A stretch of 64,000 nt of DNA from Gemmatimonadaceae bacterium (GTDB taxonomy: Bacteria; Gemmatimonadota; Gemmatimonadetes; Gemmatimonadales; Gemmatimonadaceae), in assembly GCA_052389995.1 (NCBI GenBank), contig JBQTHJ010000040.1, positions 9,491-73,490 on the forward strand, written 5' to 3'. Under the pieces are notes generated by a model. It had not been told where the DNA came from. It did no database searches and saw only the letters and a list, made by a program, of their open reading frames with translations. Position 1 is the stretch's first letter; each line of letters starts with the position of its first letter. Positions 9,834 through 18,347 of this stretch are shown here, one piece after another. The position numbers and the translations under genes were made by a program.

Positions 9834-11210
9834 TTGCCCGACGGCGTATGTAAGCCCATGACGTCGTCGTCGCAGCGTTCCTTGGTGCGAATTCGCGGTG
9901 CGCTCTCCTGGTCACTCCTCGCCGTGCTCGCGCTTGGCGCGTGCGACCGGGCGAGATGGTTAGGCGACCGCGGTTCCCCCTCGCCACGCGACGCATACAT
10001 CCGCGCGCTGGAGAAGGCCGACCTCCACGCCACGGCACTCGGCCGCGACTGGATCGCTGCGGGCGACGTCGCATTGGCGCGCGCGGCCGCCGTCACGGCG
10101 CCGCATCGCGAGGCGATCCACGTTCCTGCGGCCGAGCCGCGTGCCGTAGCCTGGCGCGTGCCGCTTCGCCGCGGCGACCGCCTCATCGTCTCCACCGAGG
10201 TGGCGATGGAGCCGGTTGGGCGCGTGTTCGTCGATCTCTTCACCGTCCCGCGCGATACGACCGAGACGCATGAGCGCGTCGCGAGCGCTCCCGACAACGG
10301 CACGTCGATCGACGTCGAGATCCGGCGTGATGGTGAGTACATCGTGCGGGCGCAGCCAGAGCTGTTGCGTGGCGGACGTCTCGTCATCACGATCACGACC
10401 GGTCCGACGCTGGCCTTCCCGGTGGCGGGCCGCGACGCGCAGATCGCGCGAAGCCTCTTCGGTGCGCCGCGCGAAGCGGGACGCCGTTCGCACCACGGAG
10501 TCGACCTCTTCGCTCCGCGCGGTACGCCGGTCGTGGCGGCGACCCCGGGCATCGTCCGCCGCGTGGGTCAGTCCGGGCTGGGCGGCAACGTCGTCTGGCT
10601 GCTCGATCCCCGACGTGAGCAGTCGCTGTACTACGCACACCTCGACACGCAGCTCGTGTCGACAGGTCAGGTCGTGCAGGTGGGGGACACGCTCGGCCTC
10701 GTGGGAAACACGGGCAACGCGCGGGGAACGCCGCCACACTTGCACTTCGGGATCTACCGTCGCGGCCAGGGTCCCGTGGACCCACTTCCGTTCATCGACA
10801 CGCGGCGCGGCGAGCCCGCCGAGATTCGCGCCGACACGTCGCTGCTCGGGCAACGCGTGCGCGTGGCGCGAGCGCAAGGGACGCTACGCGTGTCGCCCGG
10901 GTCGAATGGCGCGACGCACACGGTACCGCGTACGGCCGTGCTCATGGTCGAGGGCGCGGTGGGAAGCTTTCTCCGCGTGCAGCTTCCGAGTGGGGAGATC
11001 GGCTTCGTGGTCGCGGGCGCGATCCAACGTGCGGACGCGCCACTGAGCGTGGTGACTCGTGAGGCGGGATCGGTGTTGCGCGAGCGTCCGCTGCCCTCGG
11101 CCGTCATCGTCGACTCACTCGCCGAGCGGACGCGACTGTCCGTGCTCGGCCGCTACGGGCGGTGGCTGCTGGTGGAGCGTGAGGGAAGGGAGGGGTGGAT
11201 AACGGACTGA
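9834..11210 (+). CDS. M23/LytM-family metallopeptidase lipoprotein with C-terminal SH3-like repeats
   Basis: Lipobox LLAVLALGAC. HHGVDLFAPRGTPVVA and PHLHFGIY zinc-ligand motifs. Two C-terminal RV..G..G.V SH3b-like segments. Alternative ATG at 9858. Confidence 0.85.
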   Translation: MPDGVCKPMTSSSQRSLVRIRGALSWSLLAVLALGACDRARWLGDRGSPSPRDAYIRALEKADLHATALGRDWIAAGDVALARAAAVTAPHREAIHVPAAEPRAVAWRVPLRRGDRLIVSTEVAMEPVGRVFVDLFTVPRDTTETHERVASAPDNGTSIDVEIRRDGEYIVRAQPELLRGGRLVITITTGPTLAFPVAGRDAQIARSLFGAPREAGRRSHHGVDLFAPRGTPVVAATPGIVRRVGQSGLGGNVVWLLDPRREQSLYYAHLDTQLVSTGQVVQVGDTLGLVGNTGNARGTPPHLHFGIYRRGQGPVDPLPFIDTRRGEPAEIRADTSLLGQRVRVARAQGTLRVSPGSNGATHTVPRTAVLMVEGAVGSFLRVQLPSGEIGFVVAGAIQRADAPLSVVTREAGSVLRERPLPSAVIVDSLAERTRLSVLGRYGRWLLVEREGREGWITD

Positions 11211-11233
11211 GCCACGGTGTTGGGGAAACGGCG

Positions 11234-11656
11234 CTATCGACCGCGTGATTTCCCCGTTCGTTTCCCGTTGCGCTGCTCGAAGACGACCTCGCCCTCCACG
11301 ATCATGTAGCGGATGAAGCGGCGGTTGAGCTCCTTGAACTCCGCCATGCGGTCGCGGAAGCGATCGTTGCTGACGACGCGCGCATCGAGCTCGCGTGCGA
11401 AGGATAGGATGAAATAGTCGGCATCGGTGCCCGCCGGCGCCTGCTTCACCTCGCCGTCGTCGACCATCTTCTCGTATCCCGCGCGGTCGTCGATCTGATG
11501 CCGCAGTGCCGCGTCGACGACGACGATCGGCTCGAGCCCCTTCTCGGCCAGCTTGTTCCTCATGATGAGGATGTTCGACAGCCGCGCCGCTCCGCCTTCG
11601 GTGGAGTGCGCCACGTTCGATCCGTCCACGATCGCGATCCTGGACTTCTTCGTCAT
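11234..11656 (-). CDS. Zc3h12a-like NYN-domain ribonuclease
   Basis: IAIVDGSNVAHS, IVVVDAALRH and DADYFILSFARELDARVVSNDRFRD reproduce the acidic-residue pattern of the RNase_Zc3h12a/NYN fold. 140 aa, stand-alone. Confidence 0.8.
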   Translation of the reverse strand: MTKKSRIAIVDGSNVAHSTEGGAARLSNILIMRNKLAEKGLEPIVVVDAALRHQIDDRAGYEKMVDDGEVKQAPAGTDADYFILSFARELDARVVSNDRFRDRMAEFKELNRRFIRYMIVEGEVVFEQRNGKRTGKSRGR

Positions 11657-11814
11657 GCCGCCCGGTTATGCAGGGTTGGTACCGTCAGGCTCCGTACGCC
11701 GGATCGGTGACCGCAAGGGCCGCAGACGGAGGCGGTCCTCCGGGTCCCTGCGGTTCCGCGGGTCCAGTCCAGGGAGATCTAGACGCCATCGCACGGAACC
11801 CCGATCATCACGGC

Positions 11815-13089
11815 ATGCCATCCCGCCGCGATTTCATCGCCGGCCTCGCCGCCACGGCCGTCGCGCCGAGCTTTCGCCGCGATGCGATGCGCCGGGTGAG
11901 CGAGCTCGCCGCTCCGCAGGGTGGTGCGGCGGACGACGAGGATTACTGGCGCGAGGTGCAGCGCGCGTTCGACCTCGATCGCTCGATCATCAATCTCAAT
12001 AACGGTGGCGTCTCCCCGTCGCCGACCCACGTTCTCGACGCGATGGTCCGCGATCTTCGCTTCTCGAACGTCGCGCCCGTCCACCACATGTGGGATGTGC
12101 TCGAGCCGCGCATCGAGGGGGTGCGTCGTGAGCTCGCGCGCGAGTTCGGATGCGAGCCCGAGGAGCTGGCGATCACGCGCAACGCGTCGGAGTCGATGGA
12201 GACGCTCATCCTCGGCCTCGACTTGAAGCGCGGCGACGAGGTCATCGTCACGACGCAGAACTACCCGCGCATGCTCACCACGTGGGAGCAGCGCGAGCGG
12301 CGTGAAGGGATCGTCCTCAAGCGGATCACCTTCGAGGTTCCGCCGCGCTCGATGGCGTACGTCGTCGATCGCTTCCGTGAGGCGATCACGCCGCGGTCGC
12401 GGGTGATCGAGGTCCCGCACATCACGAACCTCACCGGCCAGATCATGCCGGTCCGCGACCTGGTTCGTTTGGGACGCGAGCGCAACATCGAGGTGCTCGT
12501 CGACGGCGCGCACTCGTTCGCGCATTTCCCCTTCACGCGCGATGAGCTCGAGTGCGACTGGTTCGGCACGAGTCTCCACAAGTGGCTGCTCGCCCCGATC
12601 GGAACCGGCTTTCTCTACGTTCGGCGCTCGCGCATTCCATCGCTGTGGCCGCTCATGGCCGCCCCGGCGACGATGAGCGCGAACGTGCGCAAGTACGAGG
12701 AAATCGGCACCCACCCGGCCGCGAACCACAATGCGATCGCAGTCGCGCTCGCGTTTCACCGCGCGATCGGCGCCGTGCGGAAGGCGACGCGCCTGCGCTT
12801 CCTGCGGGACCGGTGGGCGAAGCGGCTGCCCGCCGCGAACGACCGCATCCGCGTGCTCACTCCACTTGCCGACCCACCGCAGGCGTGCGGCATCGGATTG
12901 TTGCACGTGGACGGCATCGAGGTACCCAAGCTCGTCGCGCATCTCTGGGACAAGCACCGGATCATCACGACGCCGATCGTCCATGCGGAATTCAACGGAC
13001 TCCGCATCACGCCGAACGTATACACGACTCCTGAGGAGGTTGATGTCTTTTCGGAGGTCGTACTGGCGGCTCTGAGGTCGGGGTTGTAA
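11815..13089 (+). CDS. Class V aminotransferase-fold PLP enzyme with Tat signal peptide
   Basis: The internal ATG at 11815 gives MPSRRDFIAGLAATAVAP (twin-arginine motif). NASESMETLI and the SLHKW lysine region fit the aminotransferase class V / cysteine desulfurase-like fold. The upstream part of the track ORF is Gly/Pro-rich junk. Confidence 0.85.
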   Translation: MPSRRDFIAGLAATAVAPSFRRDAMRRVSELAAPQGGAADDEDYWREVQRAFDLDRSIINLNNGGVSPSPTHVLDAMVRDLRFSNVAPVHHMWDVLEPRIEGVRRELAREFGCEPEELAITRNASESMETLILGLDLKRGDEVIVTTQNYPRMLTTWEQRERREGIVLKRITFEVPPRSMAYVVDRFREAITPRSRVIEVPHITNLTGQIMPVRDLVRLGRERNIEVLVDGAHSFAHFPFTRDELECDWFGTSLHKWLLAPIGTGFLYVRRSRIPSLWPLMAAPATMSANVRKYEEIGTHPAANHNAIAVALAFHRAIGAVRKATRLRFLRDRWAKRLPAANDRIRVLTPLADPPQACGIGLLHVDGIEVPKLVAHLWDKHRIITTPIVHAEFNGLRITPNVYTTPEEVDVFSEVVLAALRSGL

Positions 13090-13219
13090 GGCAGAGATGA
13101 CAGATGTCAGATCACAGAATTCAGAGAGCACCAACGGGGAGCCAGCAGGTGGCTCCCCGTGTCGTTTCTGAACTCTGTCATCTGTATTCTGACATCGGTC
13201 ATCTTTGCCTTACAACCCC
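13080..13219. repeat. 140-bp imperfect palindrome: inverted arrays of GAnnnCA heptads around a GC hairpin
   Basis: Left arm: GGGGTTGTAAGGCAGA then GATGACA GATGTCA GATCACA GAATTCA GAGAGCA. Centre: GGGGAGCCA gcagg TGGCTCCCC (13136..13158). The right arm is the reverse complement with one extra heptad. The arms overlap the stop codon of the aminotransferase and end 6 nt before the ftsH stop. Confidence 0.7.
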
Positions 13220-13224
13220 ATAGG

Positions 13225-15123
13225 CTAGGCAGCCACCGGGCGCGCAATCCCGCACTGTTCCGCGAGCTCGTACACTTCTTCGGACGAGATCACATCTCGC
13301 TCGAGCAGCGCGTCGGCGATTGCCTCGACCGCCTCGCGATGCTCCTTGACGATCGCGACCGCGCGCTCCGACTGCGCGGTGATCAGCGTCCGGACCGCGG
13401 TGTCGATCGCCGACTGGAGCTGCGCGCTCGGCGCGCCGCCCTGGGCGCTTGGGTCGGCGCTGATGAGGCCGACCTCGTCGCTCATACCGAACTCGCCCAC
13501 CATCCGGCGCGCGACGTGCGTCGCATGCACCAGATCGCTCCCCGCGCCCGACGTCACGGCATCGGGGCCGAGGAACACCGACTCGGCCGCCCGCCCGCCT
13601 AACGCCTTGGCGATGACCCCCTCGAGGTAGCGACGCGAGTGGAGGTGACGGTCCGCCTCCGGTGCGAAGTGCGCTGCGCCAAGGGAACGGCCGCGTGGCT
13701 CGATGGTCACCTTGTGCAGCTTGTCGTCGGGGCAGGCGACCATGCCGACGACGGCATGCCCGGCCTCGTGCAACGCGATGAGCCGGCGCTCGCCGCTCGT
13801 CACCATGACGCCGGCGCGGACGCGGCCGAGGAGGATGCGGTCGCGCGCCTGCTCGATGTGGTCGGCGGTGATGAGCGGCGACTCCGCCTGCACGGCGATG
13901 ATCGCCGCTTCGTTGAGCAGGTTCGCGAGGTCGGCGCCCGAATGGCCGACGGTGAGGCGCGCGAGACTCTCGAGGTCGACGTCGGCCGCGAGCGGCGCCT
14001 TCGCCGCGTGAATCTTCAGGATCGCGAGACGGTCGTTCACCGTCGGGAGCTGGACCTCGACGATGCGATCGAAGCGTCCCGGGCGGCGGACAGCCGGATC
14101 CAGCATGTCCTCGCGGTTCGTCGCCGCCATCCAGACGACGCCGTCGCTTCCCTGCATGCCGTCCATCTCGACGAGCAGCTGGTTGAGCGTCACTTCCTCT
14201 TCGCCGGAACGATTCGGACGGCCGCGGCGGCCGCCGAGCGAATCGAACTCATCGATGAAGACAATGCACGGCGCCTGCTCGCGGGCCTGCTTGGCGAGCT
14301 GGCGGACGCGTCTCGATCCCACGCCGACGTACACCTCGTTGAAGTCCGATCCAGCGGCCATGATCACCGGGCAGCCGGCTTCGCCCGCCACGGCACGAGC
14401 GAGCAGCGTCTTGCCGGTTCCTGGCGGCCCGACGAGGAGAACGCCCTTCGGACATTTCGCTCCCATCGCGCGGAACCGCTCGGGGTCGCGCAGATAGGCG
14501 ATCACGTCGCGCAAATCGGCTTGGGCCTCCGCGACGCCGCCGACGTCTGCCATCGTGAGCTGCCGCGACGGCGGAGTGGCGATGAAGCGGCGCGACGCGC
14601 CGCCCCGCTGCCGGAACGCGACGAACGCGACGAGCGAAAGCAGCGCCAACAGGCTTATGACCTGAATCACAGTTTCTGCGGACGGCGTCTTCGACGTGTC
14701 CCCCATCCGGACCTTGGCGCCATTGGCCGCCCACCGCTCGAGGTCGCCGAGCGTGAGGGCGTGGGCTGGAACGGCGGTGGAGACGATGCGCGACCGGCTA
14801 TCGGCCGCGCGGTACGGCGCGCGAAGCGTGGCAATGATCCGGTTTCCGCCGTCCTCGAGCGTGAGCTCCTCGATGCCGCCCGCCGCAAGTGCGGACGCGA
14901 TCTCCGAGTAGGGAACGACGGGAATCGCGGCGGTATCGGTCCTGGTCATGACCCAGCCGCTCACACCAATCGCGGCGGCGATGGTGAGCACGAGGAGAAC
15001 GAGCCTGGGGCGCCCTGGCCCGCGCCGCCGCATCACGGCGAAGGCATCGCGTTCCCGGGTTCGGCGCCGCGACTTGGGTAAGGTCGGCGGCTCGCTCTTG
15101 AGAGGCTGGTTGGGCGAGGACAC
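13225..15123 (-). CDS. ftsH: ATP-dependent zinc metalloprotease FtsH
   Basis: Two TM helices. Walker A GPPGTGKTLLA. Walker B IVFIDEFD. SRH region. HEAGHAV zinc motif. Confidence 0.9.
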   Translation of the reverse strand: MSSPNQPLKSEPPTLPKSRRRTRERDAFAVMRRRGPGRPRLVLLVLTIAAAIGVSGWVMTRTDTAAIPVVPYSEIASALAAGGIEELTLEDGGNRIIATLRAPYRAADSRSRIVSTAVPAHALTLGDLERWAANGAKVRMGDTSKTPSAETVIQVISLLALLSLVAFVAFRQRGGASRRFIATPPSRQLTMADVGGVAEAQADLRDVIAYLRDPERFRAMGAKCPKGVLLVGPPGTGKTLLARAVAGEAGCPVIMAAGSDFNEVYVGVGSRRVRQLAKQAREQAPCIVFIDEFDSLGGRRGRPNRSGEEEVTLNQLLVEMDGMQGSDGVVWMAATNREDMLDPAVRRPGRFDRIVEVQLPTVNDRLAILKIHAAKAPLAADVDLESLARLTVGHSGADLANLLNEAAIIAVQAESPLITADHIEQARDRILLGRVRAGVMVTSGERRLIALHEAGHAVVGMVACPDDKLHKVTIEPRGRSLGAAHFAPEADRHLHSRRYLEGVIAKALGGRAAESVFLGPDAVTSGAGSDLVHATHVARRMVGEFGMSDEVGLISADPSAQGGAPSAQLQSAIDTAVRTLITAQSERAVAIVKEHREAVEAIADALLERDVISSEEVYELAEQCGIARPVAA

Positions 15124-15346
15124 GGGGAGTGGGATTGTGGATCGATTGTCGTATCGATTCGAGCGGAGACCGGTGCTCGAATTGTCCGGGCGGCGGAGCG
15201 CGCGATCGGCTCTAACGGACCGTGCCGCGCTCGTATTTCGAAGACGGCGGAGGCGGGTGTTGGTAACCGTTCGCGCGCGCCGCGCGAACTCTCTTGGTAC
15301 TACCGAGAAACATGGGGAAGGGTTCCAGAAGTTTCGTGGAGGGCGA

Positions 15347-15430
15347 CGAGGGGCCGGAGGGGCCGAGGAGCGAGCCGCGTAACCCGGCTTTCCGCTGCAT
15401 CCGAGTCACCCTTTGAACGTCGATGCCCGG
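15347..15430. repeat. Partial copy (one end) of the MITE-like repeat family
   Basis: CGAGGGGCC..GAGGAGCGAGCCGCGTAACCCGGCTTTCCGCTGCATCCGAGTCACCCTTTGAACGTCGATGCCCGG aligns with the terminal roughly 80 bp of the elements at 18134..18345 and 29711..29910. Confidence 0.6.
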
Positions 15431-15452
15431 CCGCAGCTCCTCGAGGCCTGGG

Positions 15453-16733
15453 CTAAGAGACCTTGCGCGTCTTCCGCCGCAGGAAGTCCATGAGGATGAA
15501 CTGCCCGAGGGTCATCGTGTTCGTGAAGTACGCCTTTCCGCGACTGATCTCGGAGACCTTCTTGACGAACTCCACCAGGGCGCGGTCGCGCGCGAGCATG
15601 AAGGTGTTGATCATGATGCCGGCGCGGCGGCAGAGCGCCACCTCGCGCAGCGTCTGCGCGATGACCATCGCGTCGAGCCCCATCGAGTTCTTGTAGATCT
15701 GCCCGTTAGGCATCGTCAGCGCGCTGGGCTTCCCGTCCGTGATCATGACGATCTGGCGCATGTCCTTCTTCTGCGCGAGCAGGATGCGCCGCGCGAGCTT
15801 GAAGCCCTCGGCCGTGTTCGTGTGATAGGGGCCCACCTGCGAGCGCGCGAGCTCGGCCAGCGGAATCTCTTCGGCCGAGTCGTGGAAGAGGACGACGCGG
15901 AGCGTGTCGCCGGGGAATTGCGTTCTTATCAGATGGGTCAACGCAAGCGCGACTTTCTTCGCGGGCGTAAACCGATCCTCGCCGTAGAGAATCATCGAGT
16001 GCGACGTGTCGAGCATCAGCACCGTCGCGCACGAAGACCGATACTCGGCCTGCCGGACCATAAGGTCGGAGTAGTCGAGATCGATCGGGACGCTGATCTT
16101 CCCCGTGCGCGCGAGCGCATTCGTCAGCGTTGCGTTGACGTCGAGATTGAGCACATCGCCGAACTCGTATGGCTTGCTCGACGCGTCCGCCTCGACGCCG
16201 GTCGCGAGATACGGCGTGTCGTGACTTCCGAAGCTCGACTTGCCGAACGATCCGAGGAGATTGCGCAGCGTCTTGAAGCCGAGGAAGTCGATGCCCTTCT
16301 CGGTGAGCTGAAACTGGACGTCGCGTGAGGCGGCGCGCGCGAGTCCCGCGGGTCCCGTCACCGACTCGTGATTCGCCGGCATCTGCGGCGGCGCGTCGCT
16401 GGTGAGGTAGCCCTCCTGCATCAGTCGATTGACGAGCTCGTCGAGCAGCTTCGCGAGGTTGGCCTGTGCCTCCGGCGAGCCGTCGCCGCGAAGCGCCTCG
16501 AGCATCTCCGGCGTGAACTGTCCGCTTTCCATGAGCGCGTTGAGGATCGCCTCGCGCAGCGCGTCGAGAGAGCGATCCTCGTCGGCGCCGAACTCTCCCC
16601 AGTACGGGTGGAACTGGCGTCCGCCCGCGAACCCGGACTGGAGAAGAAAATCCGCGAGCTTGTCGAGGAGGGTCTGGAGGTCGACCGCATCGGCGAGCTC
16701 GGGGGAGAACTTCGAATACGTGTGCTTCCGCAT
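15453..16733 (-). CDS. vWA (von Willebrand factor A) domain protein, ChlD/CoxE-like
   Basis: MIDAS motif in VLMLDTSHSM, with the vWA fold following. Start taken at the internal ATG 16733 (MRKHTYSKF) to avoid overlap with the divergent MFS gene. Confidence 0.85.
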   Translation of the reverse strand: MRKHTYSKFSPELADAVDLQTLLDKLADFLLQSGFAGGRQFHPYWGEFGADEDRSLDALREAILNALMESGQFTPEMLEALRGDGSPEAQANLAKLLDELVNRLMQEGYLTSDAPPQMPANHESVTGPAGLARAASRDVQFQLTEKGIDFLGFKTLRNLLGSFGKSSFGSHDTPYLATGVEADASSKPYEFGDVLNLDVNATLTNALARTGKISVPIDLDYSDLMVRQAEYRSSCATVLMLDTSHSMILYGEDRFTPAKKVALALTHLIRTQFPGDTLRVVLFHDSAEEIPLAELARSQVGPYHTNTAEGFKLARRILLAQKKDMRQIVMITDGKPSALTMPNGQIYKNSMGLDAMVIAQTLREVALCRRAGIMINTFMLARDRALVEFVKKVSEISRGKAYFTNTMTLGQFILMDFLRRKTRKVS

Positions 16734-16771
16734 GAGATGACCTTGCCCGCCGGACGTGGTAAAATCAAGCC

Positions 16772-18013
16772 ATGTCCGAGGAGGGGGAGGAACCGCCACC
16801 GCGATCGCTGAATCCGTTCCGCGCGCTCCAGCGGCACCGCAACTACCGGCGCTTCTGGATCGGGTACACCGTCTCCCTCATCGGGACGTGGATGCGGAAC
16901 GTCGCGCAGGGCTGGCTGGCACTCGAGCTGACGAACGACGCGTTCATGGTCGGGCTCGTGAGCGCCGTCGGAAATCTGCCGGTGCTCATCTTCTCGCTCT
17001 ACGGCGGCGTCCTCGCGGACCGCTACTCGAAGCTGCGCATCGTGCGATCGACGCAGACGCTGCTGCTCGTCGAAGCGACGCTCATGTGGTGGTTCACCTG
17101 GAGCGGCCGCATCACCGTCCCGTGGCTCCTCGCGCTCGCGACGTTCGCGGGACTGGTCAGCGCGTTCGACGTCCCGGCGCGTCAGTCGCTTCAGGTCGAG
17201 CTCGTCGGGAAGGAAGATCTGCTCAGCGCGATCGCGCTCAACTCGAGCGGGTTCAATCTCGCGCGCATCATCGGTCCGGCGATCGCGGCGCTCATCATCG
17301 CCCATGCGGGGCTCGCGTGGTGCTTCGGCGTCAACGCGGTGAGCTACCTCGCGGTGTTGATCGGGCTGATGACGATCCGGCTCGCCGACCCTCCGCTCCG
17401 ACGCGCGACGATGTCGCCCCTCCGCGATCTCTGGCGTGCGTTGCTCTACATGACGCGCACGCGTGAGGTGTCGGCGCTCATGCGTCTCGTAGCAGTGTTC
17501 TCGGTGTTCGGGGTTCCGTATCTCGTGCTCATGCCCGTGGTCGCGCGCGACGTGCTGCACACCGACGCGAGCGGATACGGACTTCTGCTGACGTGCGTAG
17601 GGGTCGGCGCGATCGTCGCCGCACTCGCGCTGGCTGCGTTCGGGAGTCGCGTGCGACAGGGGATTCTGCTCGAGCGCGCCGCGTATGCATTCTCGGCGCT
17701 GCTGATCGGACTCGCGCTGTCGAAGTCAGTCTGGCTCTCCGCGGCGCTCATGGTCACGATCGGATTCACAATGATCCTGAACAACGCGCTCGCGAACACG
17801 CTGCTCCAGACCATCGTGCCCGACGCCCTGCGCGGGCGCGTGATGGCGGCGTACGCACTCGTGTTCATCGGCTTCTCGCCGATCGGCCACCTCGTTGGCG
17901 GGATGGTGGCGAGCCGCTTTGGCGTGCAGTGGGCGATCGGCGGCGGTGCCGTCGTGATGCTCGCGTACGCGGCGTGGGCGTTCGCGAAGTTCGACGAGCT
18001 GCGCGGTCTTTGA
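16772..18013 (+). CDS. MFS transporter (EntS/MFS_3-like)
   Basis: About 12 hydrophobic helices. N-terminal FRALQRHRNYRRFWIGYTVSLIGTWM is typical of this MFS subgroup. Confidence 0.85.
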   Translation: MSEEGEEPPPRSLNPFRALQRHRNYRRFWIGYTVSLIGTWMRNVAQGWLALELTNDAFMVGLVSAVGNLPVLIFSLYGGVLADRYSKLRIVRSTQTLLLVEATLMWWFTWSGRITVPWLLALATFAGLVSAFDVPARQSLQVELVGKEDLLSAIALNSSGFNLARIIGPAIAALIIAHAGLAWCFGVNAVSYLAVLIGLMTIRLADPPLRRATMSPLRDLWRALLYMTRTREVSALMRLVAVFSVFGVPYLVLMPVVARDVLHTDASGYGLLLTCVGVGAIVAALALAAFGSRVRQGILLERAAYAFSALLIGLALSKSVWLSAALMVTIGFTMILNNALANTLLQTIVPDALRGRVMAAYALVFIGFSPIGHLVGGMVASRFGVQWAIGGGAVVMLAYAAWAFAKFDELRGL

Positions 18014-18126
18014 GTGAACGTTGTCAACAACAATCACGGCTCTGGCGCTAGGGACGCGCGGGTTCGCGGGGACTATCCGCACCATCCGCCGCATCCGCGT
18101 CGCCCCTGAACATTGATGTCGAGACA
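18014..18126. repeat. 5'-truncated, inverted copy of the MITE-like repeat
   Basis: GTGAACGTTGTCAACAACAATCACGGCTCTGGCGC matches the reverse complement of 29786..29826. CCGCCGCATCCGCGTCGCCCCTGAACATTGATGTCGAG is a degenerate terminal repeat. Confidence 0.6.
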
Positions 18127-18133
18127 CCGCGGG

Positions 18134-18345
18134 CCGGGCACTCACGTTCAAAGGGTGAAACGGATGCAGCGGAAACGCCGGGTCATACGGGTCGCTCCTC
18201 GACTGTTCCGGCTCCGCGCACCAAGTCCCGTGATGTTGCTAACAAGCTCCTATTCAGGTTCGTTGTGCGAAGCGCTCTCGCCGTGCACCGCGGCAACCCG
18301 GCGTTTCCGCTGCATCCGTTTCCCCCTTTGAACGTTGATGCTCGG
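18134..18345. repeat. Full-length MITE-like element (about 212 bp) with about 47-bp terminal inverted repeats
   Basis: Left end: CCGGGCACTCACGTTCAAAGGGTGAAACGGATGCAGCGGAAACGCCGG. Right end: CCGGCGTTTCCGCTGCATCCGTTTCCCCCTTTGAACGTTGATGCTCGG. The interior is alignable with 29759..29863. Confidence 0.75.
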
Positions 18346-18347
18346 CG

